Source of the DNA: Auanema rhodensis | Taxonomy: Eukaryota > Animalia > Nematoda | Assembly (NCBI GenBank): GCA_964057225.1 | Contig: OZ059899.1 | Coordinates: 20,274,001 to 20,338,000 of the forward strand | Direction: 5' to 3' | Length of the DNA: 64,000 nt | Notes under the pieces: model-generated | The model's input: the letters and a program-made list of their open reading frames with translations, nothing else | What the model was told of the DNA's origin: nothing | Database searches by the model: none | Made by a program: the position numbers and the translations under genes | Shown: positions 40,785 to 56,273 of the stretch, in pieces | Position numbering within the stretch: the first letter of the stretch is position 1 | Layout: every line of letters starts with the position of its first letter

Positions 40785-43700
40785 AGATAAGGAGATGCGG
40801 TTTTCAAAAATAGATTCCCCATGTCCATATTAGTCTAAAAACAAATTTTTATTGATATTGGTGCATGGTAACCATGACTTTGAAATTTACGTGAACTTTA
40901 ATTTATGCTAATTAAATGTACACGTGGTGTGCACTCGGTATGTAACTCGCTTCACGTGAAAGATAAAGAGATGAGGTTTTCCAAATTAGATTCCCCATGT
41001 CCATATTAGTCTAAAAACAAATTTTTATCGATATTGGTGCATGGTAACCATGACTTTGAAATTTACGTGAACTTTATTTTATGCTACATAAATGTACACG
41101 TGGTGTGCACTCGGTATGTATCTCGTTTCACGTGAAAGAAAAAGAGATGCGGTTTCCAAAATTAGATTCCCCATGTCCATATTAGTCTAAAAACAGTTTT
41201 TTATTGATATTGGTGCATGGTAACCATGACTTTGAATTTTACGTGAACTTTAATTTATGCTAATTAAACGTACACGTGGTGTGCACTCGGTATGTAACTC
41301 GCTTCACGTGAAAGATAAACAGATGCGGTTTTCAAAAATAGATTCCCCATGTCCATATTAGTCTAAAAACAAATTTTTATTGATATTGGTGCATGGTAAC
41401 CATGACTTTGAATTTTACGTGAACTTTAATTTATGCTAATTAAATGTACACGTGATGTGCACTCGGTATGTAACTTGCTTCACGTGAAAGATAAAGAGAT
41501 GCGGTTTTCAAAATTAGATTCCCCATGTCCATATTAGTCTTAAAACAAATTTTTATTGATATTGGTGCATGGTAACCATGACTTTGAAATTTACGTGAAT
41601 TTTATTTTATGCTAATTAAATGTACACGTGGTGTGCACTCGGTATGTAACTCGCTTCACGTGAAAGATAAAGAGATGCGGTTTTCAAAATTAGACTCCCC
41701 ATGTCCATATTAGTCTAAAAACAAATTTTTATTGATATTGGTGCATGGTAACCATGACTTTGAAATTTACGTGAACTTTAATTTATGCTAATTAAATGTA
41801 CACGTGGTGTGCACTCGGTATGTAACTCGCTTCACGTGAAAGATAAAGAGATGCGTTTTTTAAAATTAGATTCCCCATGTCCATATTAGTCTGAAAACAA
41901 TTTTTTACTGATATTGGTGCATGGTAACCATGACTTTGAAATTTACGTGAACTTTAATTTATGCTAATTAAATGTACAAGTGATGTGCACTTGGTATGTA
42001 ACTCGCTCCACGTGAAAGATAAGGAGATGCGGTTTTCACAATTAGATTCCCCATGTCCATATTAGTCTAAAAACAAATTTATATTGATATTGGTGCATGG
42101 TAACCATGACTTTGAAATTTACGTGAACTTCAATTTATGCTAATTAAATGTACACGCGGTGTGCACTTGGTATGTAACTCGCTTCACGTGAAAGATAAAG
42201 AGATGCGGTTTTAAAAATTAGATTCCCCATGTCCATATTAGTCTAAAAACAGTTTTTTAGTGATATTGGTGCATGGTAACCATGATTTTGAAATTTACGT
42301 GAACTTTAATTTATGCTAATTAAATGTACACGTGGTGTGCACTCGGTATGTAACTCGCTTCACGTGAAAGATAAAGAGATGCGGTTAACAAAATTAGATT
42401 TCCTATGTCCATATTAGTCTAAAAACAAATTTTTATTGATATTGGTTCATGGTAACCATGACTTTGAAATTTACGTGAACTTTAATTTATGCTAATTAAA
42501 TGTACACGTGGTGTGCACTCGGTATGTAACTCGCTTCACGTGAAAGATAAAAAGATGCGGTTTTCAAAATTTGATTCCTCATGTCCATATTAGTCTAAAA
42601 ACAAATTTTTATTGATATTGGTGCATGGTAACCATGACTTTGAAATTTACGTGAACTTTAATTTATGCTAATTAAATGTACACGTGATGTGCACTTGGTA
42701 TGTAACTCGCTTCACGTGAAAGATAAAGAGATGCGTTTTTTAAAATTAGATTCCCCATGTCCATATTAGTCTGAAAACAATTTTTTACTGATATTGGTGC
42801 ATGGTAACCATGACTTTGAAATTTACGTGAACTTTAATTTATGCTAATTAAATGTACACGTGGTGTGCACTCGGTATGTAACTCGCTTCACGTGAAAGAT
42901 AAAGAGATGCGGTTAACAAAATTAGATTTCCTATGTCCATATTAGTCTAAAAACAAATTTTTATTGATATTGGTTCATGGTAACCATGACTTTGAAATTT
43001 ACGTGAACTTTAATTTATGCTAATTAAATGTACACGTGGTGTGCACTCGGTATGTAACTCGCTTCACGTGAAAGATAAAAAGATGCGGTTTTCAAAATTT
43101 GATTCCTCATGTCCATATTAGTCTAAAAACAAATTTTTATTGATATTGGTGCATGGTAACCATGACTTTGAAATTTACGTGAACTTTAATTTATGCTAAT
43201 TAAATGTACACGTGATGTGCACTTGGTATGTAACTCGCTTCACGTGAAAGATAAAGAGATGCGTTTTTTAAAATTAGATTCCCCATGTCCATATTAGTCT
43301 GAAAACAATTTTTTACTGATATTGGTGCATGGTAACCATGACTTTGAAATTTACGTGAACTTTAATTTATGCTAATTAAATGTACAAGTGATGTGCACTT
43401 GGTATGTAACTCGCTCCACGTGAAAGATAAGGAGATGCGGTTTTCACAATTAGATTCCCCATGTCCATATTAGTCTAAAAACAAATTTATATTGATATTG
43501 GTGCATGGTAACCATGACTTTGAAATTTACGTGAACTTCAATTTATGCTAATTAAATGTACACGCGGTGTGCACTTGGTATGTAACTCGCTTCACGTGAA
43601 AGATAAAGAGATGCGGTTTTAAAAATTAGATTCCCCATGTCCATATTAGTCTAAAAACAGTTTTTTAGTGATATTGGTGCATGGTAACCATGATTTTGAA

Positions 43701-45536
43701 ATTTACGTGAACTTTAATTTATGCTAATTAAATGTACACGTGGTGTGCACTCGGTATGTAACTCGCTTCACGTGAAAGATAAAGAGATGCGGTTTTCACA
43801 ATTAGATTCCCCATGTCCATATTAGTCTAAAAACAAATTTATATTGATATTGGTGCATGGTAACCATGACTTTGAAATTTACGTGAACTTCAATTTATGC
43901 TAATTAAATGTACACGCGGTGTGCACTCGGTATGTAACTCGCTTCACGTGAAAGATAAAAAGATGCGGTTTTCAAAATTTGATTCCTCATGTCCATATTA
44001 GTCTAAAAACAGTTTTTTAGTGATATTGGTGCATGGTAACCATGATTTTGAAATTTACGTGAACTTTAATTTATGCTAATTAAATGTACACGTGGTGTGC
44101 ACTCGGTATGTAACTCGCTTCACGTGAAAGATAAAAAGATGCGGTTTTCAAAATTTGATTCCTCATGTCCATATTAGTCTAAAAACAAATTTTTATTGAT
44201 ATTGGTGCATGGTAACCATGACTTTGAAATTTACGTGAACTTTAATTTATGCTAATTAAATGTACACGTGATGTGCACTTGGTATGTAACTCGCTTCACG
44301 TGAAAGATAAAGAGATGCAGTTCTCAAAATTAGATTCCCCATGTCCATATTAGTCTAGAAACAAATTTTTATTGATATTGGTGCATGGTAACCATGACTT
44401 TGAAATTTACGTGAACTTTAATTTATGCTAATTAAATGTACACGTGATGTGCACTTGGTATGTAACTTGCTTCACGTGAAAGATAAAGAGATGCGGTTTT
44501 CAAAATTAGATTCCCCATGTCCATATTAGTCTTAAAACAAATTTTCATTGATATTGGTTCATGGTAACCATGACTTTGAAATTTACGTGAACTTTAATTT
44601 ATGCTAATTAAATGTACACGTGATGTGCACTTGGTATGTAACTCGCTTCACGTGAAAGATAAAGAGATGCAGTTCTCAAAATTGGATTCCCCATGTCCAT
44701 ATTAGTCTAAAAACAAATTTTTATTGATATTGGTGCATGGTAACCATGACTTTGAAATTTACGTGAACTTTAATTTATGCTAATTAAATGTACACGTGGT
44801 GTGCACTCGGTATGTAACTCGCTTCACGTGAAAGATAAAGAGATGCGGTTTTTAAAATTAGATTCCCCATGTCCATATTAGTCTAAAAACAAATTTTTAT
44901 TGATATTGGTGCATGGTAACCATGACTTTGAAATTTACGTGAACTTTAATTTATGCTAATTAAATGTACACGTGATGTGCACTTGGTATGTAACTCGCTT
45001 CACGTGAAAGATAAGGAGATGCGGTTTTCAAAAATAGATTCCCCATGTCCATATTAGTCTAAAAACAAATTTTTATGGATATTGGTGCATGGTAACCATG
45101 ACTTTGAAATTTACGTGAACTTTAATTTATGCTAATTAAATGTACACGTGGTGTGCACTCGGTATGTAACTCGCTTCACGTAAAAGATAAAGAGATGAGG
45201 TTTTCCAAATTAGATTCCCCATGTCCATATTAGTCTAAAAACAAATTTTTATTGATATTGGTGCATGGTAACCATGACTTTGAAATTTACGTGAACTTTA
45301 ATTTATGCTAATTAAATGTACACGTGATGTGCACTTGGTATGTAACTCGCTTCACGTGAAAGATAAGGAGATGCGGTTTTCAAAAATAGATTCCCCATGT
45401 CCATATTAGTCTAAAAACAAATTTTTATGGATATTGGTGCATGGTAACCATGACTTTGAAATTTACGTGAACTTTAATTTATGCTAATTAAATGTACACG
45501 TGGTGTGCACTCGGTATGTAACTCGCTTCACGTAAA

Positions 45537-45713
45537 AGATAAAGAGATGAGGTTTTCCAAAATTAGATTCCCCATGTCCATATTAGTCTAAAAACAGTTT
45601 TTTACTGATATTGGTGCATGGTAACCATGATTTTGAAATTTACGTGAACTTTAATTTATGCTAATTAAATGTACACATGGTGTGCACTCGGTATGTAACT
45701 CGCTTCACGTGAA
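45537..45713 (+). repeat. 177-bp monomer (+1 bp)
   Basis: gaggttttccaaaattag at 45549-45566 is one base longer than any other allele. The array phase shifts by +1 downstream. Confidence 0.92.
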
Positions 45714-48700
45714 AGATAAAGAGATGCGGTTTTCGAAATTAGATTCCCCATGTCCATATTAGTCTAAAAACAAATTTTTATTGATATTGGTGTATGGTAA
45801 CCATGACTTTGAAATTTACGTGAACTTTAATTTATGCTAATTAAATGTACACGTGATGTGCACTTGGTATGTAACTCGCTTCACGTGAAAGATAAAGAGA
45901 TGCAGTTCTCAAAATTAGATTCCCCATGTCCATATTAGTCTAAAAACGAATTTTTATTGATATTGGTGCATGGTAACCATGACTTTGAAATTTACGTGAA
46001 CTTTAATTTATGCTAATTAAATGTACACGTGATGTGCACTCGGTATGTAACTTGCTTCACGTGAAAGATAAAGAGATGCGGTTTTCAAAATTAGATTCCC
46101 CATGTCCATATTAGTCTTAAAACAAATTTTTATTGATATTGGTGCATGGTAACCATGACTTTGAAATTTACGTGAACTTTAATTTATGCTAATTAAATGT
46201 ACACGTGATGTGCACTTGGTATGTAACTTGCTTCACGTGAAAGATAAAGAGATGCGGTTTTCAAAATTAGATTCCCCATGTCCATATTAGTCTTAAAACA
46301 AATTTTTATTGATATTGGTGCATGGTAACCATGACTTTGAAATTTACGTGAACTTTAATTTATGCTAATTAAATGTACACGTGGTGTGCACCCGGTATGT
46401 AACTCGCTTCACGTGAAAGATAAAGAGATGAGGTTTTCCCAATTAGATTCCCCATGTCCATATTAGTCTAAAAACAAATTTTTATCGATATTGGTGCATG
46501 GTAACCATGACTTTGAAATTTACGTGAACTTTATTTTATGCTACATAAATGTACACGTGGTGTGCACTCGGTATGTATCTCGCTTCACGTGAAAGAAAAA
46601 GAGATGCGGTTTCCAAAATTAGATTCCCCATGTCCATATTAGTCTAAAAACAGTTTTTTACTGATATTGGTGCATGGTAACCATGACTTTGAAATTTACG
46701 TGAACTTTAATTTATGCTAATTAAACGTACACGTGATGTGCACTTGGTATGTAACTTGCTTCACGTGAAAGATAAAGAGATGCGGTTTTCAAAATTAGAT
46801 TTCCCATGTCCATATTAGTCTTAAAACAAATTTTTATTGATATTGGTGCATGGTAACCATGACTTTGAAATTTACGTGAACTTTAATTTATGCTAATTAA
46901 ATGTACACGTGGTGTGCACTCGGTATGTAACTCGCTTCACGTGAAAGATAAAGAGATGCGGTTAACAAAATTAGATTTCCTATGTCCATATTAGTCTAAA
47001 AACAAATTTTTATTGATATTGGTTCATGGTAACCATGACTTTGAAATTTACGTGAACTTTAATTTATGCTAATTAAATGTACACGTGGTGTGCACTCGGT
47101 ATGTAACTCGCTTCACGTGAAAGATAAAAAGATGCGGTTTTCAAAATTTGATTCCTCATGTCCATATTAGTCTAAAAACAAATTTTTATTGATATTGGTG
47201 CATGGTAACCATGACTTTAAAATTTACGTGAACTTTAATTTATGCTAATTAAATGTACACGTGATGTGCACTTGGTATGTAACTCGCTTCACGTGAAAGA
47301 TAAAGAGATGCAGTTCTCAAAATTAGATTCCCCATGTCCATATTAGTCTAGAAACAAATTTTTATTGATATTGGTGCATGGTAACCATGACTTTGAAATT
47401 TACGTGAACTTTAATTTATGCTAATTAAATGTACACGTGATGTGCACTTGGTATGTAACTTGCTTCACGTGAAAGATAAAGAGATGCGGTTTTCAAAATT
47501 AGATTCCCCATGTCCATATTAGTCTTAAAACAAATTTTCATTGATATTGGTGCATGGTAACCATGACTTTGAAATTTACGTGAACTTTAATTTATGCTAA
47601 TTAAATGTACACGTGATGTGCACTTGGTATGTAACTCGCTTCACGTGAAAGATAAAGAGATGCAGTTCTCAAAATTGGATTCCCCATGTCCATATTAGTC
47701 TAAAAACAAATTTTTATTGATATTGGTGCATGGTAACCATGACTTTGAAATTTACGTGAACTTTAATTTATGCTAATTAAATGTACACGTGGTGTGCACT
47801 CGGTATGTAACTCGCTTCACGTGAAAGATAAAGAGATGCGGTTTTTAAAATTAGATTCCCCATGTCCATATTAGTCTAAAAACAAATTTTTATTGATATT
47901 GGTGCATGGTAACCATGACTTTGAAATTTACGTGAACTTTAATTTATGCTAATTAAATGTACACGTGATGTGCACTTGGTATGTAACTCGCTTCACGTGA
48001 AAGATAAGGAGATGCGGTTTTCAAAAATAGATTCCCCATGTCCATATTAGTCTAAAAACAAATTTTTATGGATATTGGTGCATGGTAACCATGACTTTGA
48101 AATTTACGTGAACTTTAATTTATGCTAATTAAATGTACACGTGGTGTGCACTCGGTATGTAACTCGCTTCACGTAAAAGATAAAGAGATGAGGTTTTCCA
48201 AATTAGATTCCCCATGTCCATATTAGTCTAAAAACAAATTTTTATCGATATTGGTGCATGGTAACCATGACTTTGAAATTTACGTGAACTTTATTTTATG
48301 CTAATTAAACGTACACGTGATGTGCACTTGGTATGTAACTTGCTTCACGTGAAAGATAAAGAGATGCGGTTTTCAAAATTAGATTTCCCATGTCCATATT
48401 AGTCTAAAAACAGTTTTTTACTGATATTGGTGCATGGTAACCATGACTTTGAAATTTACGTGAACTTTAATTTATGCTAATTAAATGTACACGTGGTGTG
48501 CACTCGGTATGTAACTCGCTTCACGTGAAAGATAAAGAGATGCGGTTTTTAAAATTAGATTCCCCATGTCCATATTAGTCTAAAAACAAATTTTTATTGA
48601 TATTGGTGCATGGTAACCATGACTTTGAAATTTACGTGAACTTTAATTTATGCTAATTAAATGTACACGTGATGTGCACTTGGTATGTAACTCGCTTCAC

Positions 48701-51700
48701 GTGAAAGATAAGGAGATGCGGTTTTCAAAAATAGATTCCCTATGTCCATATTAGTCTAAAAACAAATTTTTATGGATATTGGTGCATGGTAACCATGACT
48801 TTGAAATTTACGTGAACTTTAATTTATGCTAATTAAATGTACACGTGGTGTGCACTCGGTATGTAACTCGCTTCACGTAAAAGATAAAGAGATGAGGTTT
48901 TCCAAATTAGATTCCCCATGTCCATATTAGTCTAAAAACAAATTTTTATCGATATTGGTGCATGGTAACCATGACTTTGAAATTTACGTGAACTTTATTT
49001 TATGCTACATTAATGTACACGTGGTGTGCACTCGGTATGTATCTCGCTTCACGTGAAAGATGAAGAGATGCGGTTTCCAAAATTAGATTCCCCATGTCCA
49101 TATTAGTCTAAAAACAGTTTTTTACTGATATTGGTGCATGGTAACCATGATTTTGAAATTTACGTGAACTTTAATTTATGCTAATTAAATGTACACGTGA
49201 TGTGCACTTGGTATGTAACTCGCTTCACGTGAAAAATAAAGAGATGCAGTTCTCAAAATTAGATTCCCCATGTCCATATTAGTCTAAAAACGAATTTTTA
49301 TTGATATTGGTGCATGGTAACCATGACTTTGAAATTTACGTGAACTTTAATTTATGCTAATTAAATGTACACGTGATGTGCACTTGGTATGTAACTTGCT
49401 TCACGTGAAAGATAAAGAGATGCGGTTTTCAAAATTAGATTCCCCATGTCCATATTAGTCTTAAAACAAATTTTTATTGATATTGGTGCATGGTAACCAT
49501 GACTTTGAAATTTACGTGAACTTTAATTTATGCTAATTAAATGTACACGTGATGTGCACTTGGTATGTAACTTGCTTCACGTGAAAGATAAAGAGATGCG
49601 GTTTTCAAAATTAGATTCCCCATGTCCATATTAGTCTTAAAACAAATTTTTATTGATATTGGTGCATGGTAACCATGACTTTGAAATTTACGTGAACTTT
49701 AATTTATGCTAATTAAATGTACACGTGGTGTGCACCCGGTATGTAACTCGCTTCACGTGAAAGATAAAGAGATGAGGTTTTCCCAATTAGATTCCCCATG
49801 TCCATATTAGTCTAAAAACAAATTTTTATCGATATTGGTGCATGGTAACCATGACTTTGAAATTTACGTGAACTTTATTTTATGCTACATAAATGTACAC
49901 GTGGTGTGCACTCGGTATGTATCTCGCTTCACGTGAAAGAAAAAGAGATGCGGTTTCCAAAATTAGATTCCCCATGTCCATATTAGTCTAAAAACAGTTT
50001 TTTACTGATATTGGTGCATGGTAACCATGACTTTGAAATTTACGTGAACTTTAATTTATGCTAATTAAATGTACACGTGATGTGCACTTGGTATGTAACT
50101 TGCTTCACGTGAAAGATAAAGAGATGCGGTTTTCAAAATTAGATTTCCCATGTCCATATTAGTCTAAAAACAAATTTTTATTGATATATGTGCATGGTAA
50201 CCATGACTTTGAAATTTACGTGAACTTTAATTTATGCTAATTAAATGTACACGTGGTGTGCACTCGGTATGTAACTCGCTTCACGTGAAAGATAAAGAGA
50301 TGCGGTTTTTAAAATTAGATTCCCCATGTCCATATTAGTCTGAAAACAATTTTTTACTGATATTGGTGCATGGTAACCATGACTTTGAAATTTACGTGAA
50401 CTTTAATTTATGCTAATTAAATGTACACGTGGTGTGCACTCGGTATGTAACTCGCTTCACGTGAAAGATAAAGAGATGCGGTTTTTAAAATTAGACTCCC
50501 CATGTCCATATTAGTCTAAAAACAAATTTTTATTGATATTGGTGCATGGTAACCATGACTTTGAAATTTACGTGAACTTTAATTTATGCTAATTAAATGT
50601 ACACGTGGTGTGCACTCGGTATGTAACTCGCTTCACGTGAAAGATAAAGAGATGCGGTTTTTAAAATTAGATTCCCCATGTCCATATTAGTCTGAAAACA
50701 ATTTTTTACTGATATTGGTGCATGGTAACCATGACTTTGAAATTTACGTGAACTTTAATTTATGCTAATTAAATGTACAAGTGATGTGCACTTGGTATGT
50801 AACTCGCTTCACGTGAAAGATAAGGAGATGCGGTTTTCACAATTAGATTCCCCATGTCCATATTAGTCTAAAAACAAATTTTTATTGATATTGGTGCATG
50901 GTAACCATGACTTTGAAATCTACGTGAACTTTAATTTATGCTAATTAAATGTACACGTGGTGTGCACTCGGTATGTAACTCGCTTCACGTGAAAGATAAA
51001 GAGATGCGGTTAACAAAATTAGATTTCCTATGTCCATATTAGTCTAAAAACAAATTTTTATTGATATTGGTTCATGGTAACCATGACTTTGAAATATACG
51101 TGAACTTTAATTTATGCTAATTAAATGTACAAGTGATGTGCACTTGGTATGTAACTCGCTTCACGTGAAAGATAAGGAGATGCGGTTTTCACAATTAGAT
51201 TCCCCATGTCCATATTAGTCTAAAAACAAATTTTTATTGATATTGGTGCATGGTAACCATGACTTTGAAATTTACGTGAACTTCAATTTATGCTAATTAA
51301 ATGTACACGCGGTGTGCACTTGGTATGTAACTCGCTTCACGTGAAAGATAAAGAGATGCGGTTTTAAAAATTAGATTCCCCATGTCCATATTAGTCTAAA
51401 AACAGTTTTTTACTGATATTGGTGCATGGTAACCATGATTTTGAAATTTACGTGAACTTTAATTTATGCTAATTAAATGTACACGTGGTGTGCACTCGGT
51501 ATGTAACTCGCTTCACGTGAAAGATAAAGAGATGCGGTTAACAAAATTAGATTTCCTATGTCCATATTAGTCTAAAAACAAATTTTTATTGATATTGGTT
51601 CATGGTAACCATGACTTTGAAATTTACGTGAACTTTAATTTATGCTAATTAAATGTACACGTGGTGTGCACTCGGTATGTAACTCGCTTCACGTGAAAGA

Positions 51701-54700
51701 TAAAAAGATGCGGTTTTCAAAATTTGATTCCTCATGTCCATATTAGTCTAAAAACAAATTTTTATTGATATTGGTGCATGGTAACCATGACTTTGAAATT
51801 TACGTGAACTTTAATTTATGCTAATTAAATGTACACGTGATGTGCACTTGGTATGTAACTCGCTTCACGTGAAAGATAAAGAGATGCAGTTCTCAAAATT
51901 AGATTCCCCATGTCCATATTAGTCTAGAAACAAATTTTTATTGATATTGGTGCATGGTAACCATGACTTTGAAATTTACGTGAACTTTAATTTATGCTAA
52001 TTAAATGTACACGTGATGTGCACTTGGTATGTAACTTGCTTCACGTGAAAGATAAAGAGATGCGGTTTTCAAAATTAGATTCCCCATGTCCATATTAGTC
52101 TTAAAACAAATTTTTATTGATATTGGTGCATGGTAACCATGACTTTGAAATTTACGTGAACTTTAATTTATGCTAATTAAATGTACACGTGGTGTGCACC
52201 CGGTATGTAACTCGCTTCACGTGAAAGATAAAGAGATGAGGTTTTCCCAATTAGATTCCCCATGTCCATATTAGTCTAAAAACAAATTTTTATCGATATT
52301 GGTGCATGGTAACCATGACTTTGAAATTTACGTGAACTTTATTTTATGCTACATAAATGTACACGTGGTGTTCACTCGGTATGTATCTCGCTTCACGTGA
52401 AAGAAAAAGAGATGCGGTTTCCAAAATTAGATTCCCCATGTCCATATTAGTCTAAAAACAGTTTTTTACTGATATTGGTGCATGGTAACCATGACTTTGA
52501 AATTTACGTGAACTTTAATTTATGCTAATTAAATGTACACGTGGTGTGCACTCAGTATGTAACTCGCTTCACGTGAAAGATAAAGAGATGCGGTTTTTAA
52601 AATTAGATTCCCCATGTCCATATTAGTCTGAAAACAATTTTTCACTGATATTGGTGCATGGTAACCATGACTTTGAAATTTACGTGAACTTTAATTTATG
52701 CTAATTAAATGTACACGTGGTGTGCACTCGGTATATAACTCGCTTCACGTGAAAGATAAAGAGATGCGGTTTTTAAAATTAGATTCCCCATGTCCATATT
52801 AGTCTGAAAACAATTTTTTACTGATATTGGTGCATGGTAACCATGACTTTGAAATTTACGTGAACTTTAATTTATGCTAATTAAATGTACACGTGGTGTG
52901 CACTCGGTATATAACTCGCTTCACGTGAAAGATAAAGAGATGCGGTTTTTAAAATTAGATTCCCCATGTCCATATTAGTCTGAAAACAATTTTTTACTGA
53001 TATTGGTGCATGGTAACCATGACTTTGAAATTTACGTGAACTTTAATTTATGCTAATTAAATGTACAAGTGATGTGCACTTGGTATGTAACTCGCTTCAC
53101 GTGAAAGATAAGGAGATGCGGTTTTCACAATTAGATTCCCCATGTCTATATTAGTCTAAAAACAAATTTTCATTGATATTGGTGCATGGTAACCATGACT
53201 TTGAAATCTACGTGAACTTTAATTTATGCTAATTAAATGTACACGTGATGTGCACTTGGTATGTAACTCGCTTCACGTGAAAGATAAAGAGATGCGGTTT
53301 TCAAAATTAGATTCCCCATGTCCATATTAGTCTAAAAACAAATTTTTATTGATATTGGTGCATGGTAACCATGACTTTGAAATTTACGTGAACTTTAATT
53401 TATGCTAATTAAATGTACACGTGGTGTGCACTCCGTATGTAACTCGCTTCACGTGAAAGATAAAGAGATGCGGTTTTTAAAATTAGATTCCCCATGTCCA
53501 TATTAGTCTGAAAACAATTTTTCACTGATATTGGTGCATGGTAACCATGACTTTGAAATTTACGTGAACTTTAATTTATGCTAATTAAATGTACAAGTGA
53601 TGTGCACTTGGTATGTAACTCGCTTTACGTGAAAGATAAGGAGATGCGGTTTTCACAATTAGATTCCCCATGTCCATATTAGTCTAAAAACAAATTTTTA
53701 TTGATATTGGTGCATGGTAACCATGACTTTGAAATTTACGTGAACTTCAATTTATGCTAATTAAATGTACACGCGGTGTGCACTTGGTATGTAACTCGCT
53801 TCACGTGAAAGATAAAGAGATGCGGTTTTAAAAATTAGATTCCCCATGTCCATATTAGTCTAAAAACAGTTTTTTACTGATATTGGTGCATGGTAACCAT
53901 GATTTTGAAATTTACGTGAACTTTAATTTATGCTAATTAAATGTACACGTGGTGTGCACTCGGTATGTAACTCGCTTCACGTGAAAGATAAAGAGATGCG
54001 GTTAACAAAATTAGATTTCCTATGTCCATATTAGTCTAAAAACAAATTTTTATTTATATTGGTTCATGGTAACCATGACTTTGAAATTTACGTGAACTTT
54101 AATTTATGCTAATTAAATGTACACGTGGTGTGCACTCCGTATGTAACTCGCTTCACGTGAAAGATAAGGAGATGCGGTTTTCACAATTAGATTCCCCATG
54201 TCCATATTAGTCTAAAAACAAATTTTTATTGATATTGGTGCATGGTAACCATGACTTTGAAATTTACGTGAACTTCAATTTATGCTAATTAAATGTACAC
54301 GCGGTGTGCACTTGGTATGTAACTCGCTTCACGTGAAAGATAAAGAGATGCGGTTTTAAAAATTAGATTCCCCATGTCCATATTAGTCTAAAAACAGTTT
54401 TTTACTGATATTGGTGCATGGTAACCATGATTTTGAAATTTACGTGAACTTTAATTTATGCTAATTAAATGTACACGTGGTGTGCACTCGGTATGTAACT
54501 CGCTTCACGTGAAAGATAAAGAGATGCGGTTAACAAAATTAGATTTCCTATGTCCATATTAGTCTAAAAACAAATTTTTATTGATATTGGTTCATGGTAA
54601 CCATGACTTTGAAATTTACGTGAACTTTAATTTATGCTAATTAAATGTACACGTGGTGTGCACTCGGTATGTAACTCGCTTCACGTGAAAGATAAAAAGA

Positions 54701-56273
54701 TGCGGTTTTCAAAATTTGATTCCTCATGTCCATATTAGTCTAAAAACAAATTTTTATTGATATTGGTGCATGGTAACCATGACTTTGAAATTTACGTGAA
54801 CTTTAATTTATGCTAATTAAATGTACACGTGATGTGCACTTGGTATGTAACTCGCTTCACGTGAAAGATAAAGAGATGCAGTTCTCAAAATTAGATTCCC
54901 CATGTCCATATTAGTCTAGAAACAAATTTTTATTGATATTGGTGCATGGTAACCATGACTTTAAAATTTACGTGAACTTTAATTTATGCTAATCAAATGT
55001 ACACGTGATGTGCACTTGGTATGTAACTCGCTTCACGTGAAAGATAAAGAGATGCAGTTCTCAAAATTAGATTCCCCATGTCCATATTAGTCTAGAAACA
55101 AATTTTTATTGATATTGGTGCATGGTAACCATGACTTTAAAATTTACGTGAACTTTAATTTATGCTAATCAAATGTACACGTGATGTGCACTTGGTATGT
55201 AACTCGCTTCACGTGAAAGATAAAGAGATGCGGTTAACAAAATTAGATTTCCTATGTCCATATTAGTCTAAAAACAAATTTTTATTTATATTGGTTCATG
55301 GTAACCATGACTTTGAAATTTACGTGAACTTTAATTTATGCTAATTAAATGTACACGTGGTGTGCACTTGGTATGTAACTCGCTTCACGTGAAAGATAAA
55401 GAGATGCGGTTTTAAAAATTAGATTCCCCATGTCCATATTAGTCTAAAAACAGTTTTTTACTGATATTGGTGCATGGTAACCATGATTTTGAAATTTACG
55501 TGAACTTTAATTTATGCTAATTAAATGTACACGTGGTGTGCACTCGGTATGTAACTCGCTTCACGTGAAAGATAAAGAGATGCGGTTAACAAAATTAGAT
55601 TTCCTATGTCCATATTAGTCTAAAAACAAATTTTTATTGATATTGGTTCATGGTAACCATGACTTTGAAATTTACGTGAACTTTAATTTATGCTAATTAA
55701 ATGTACACGTGGTGTGCACTCGGTATGTAACTCGCTTCACGTGAAAGATAAAAAGATGCGGTTTTCAAAATTTGATTCCTCATGTCCATATTAGTCTAAA
55801 AACAAATTTTTATTGATATTGGTGCATGGTAACCATGACTTTGAAATTTACGTGAACTTTAATTTATGCTAATTAAATGTACACGTGATGTGCACTTGGT
55901 ATGTAACTCGCTTCACGTGAAAGATAAAGAGATGCAGTTCTCAAAATTAGATTCCCCATGTCCATATTAGTCTAGAAACAAATTTTTATTGATATTGGTG
56001 CATGGTAACCATGACTTTAAAATTTACGTGAACTTTAATTTATGCTAATCAAATGTACACGTGATGTGCACTTGGTATGTAACTCGCTTCACGTGAAAGA
56101 TAAAGAGATGCAGTTCTCAAAATTAGATTCCCCATGTCCATATTAGTCTAGAAACAAATTTTTATTGATATTGGTGCATGGTAACCATGACTTTAAAATT
56201 TACGTGAACTTTAATTTATGCTAATCAAATGTACACGTGATGTGCACTTGGTATGTAACTCGCTCCACGTGAA

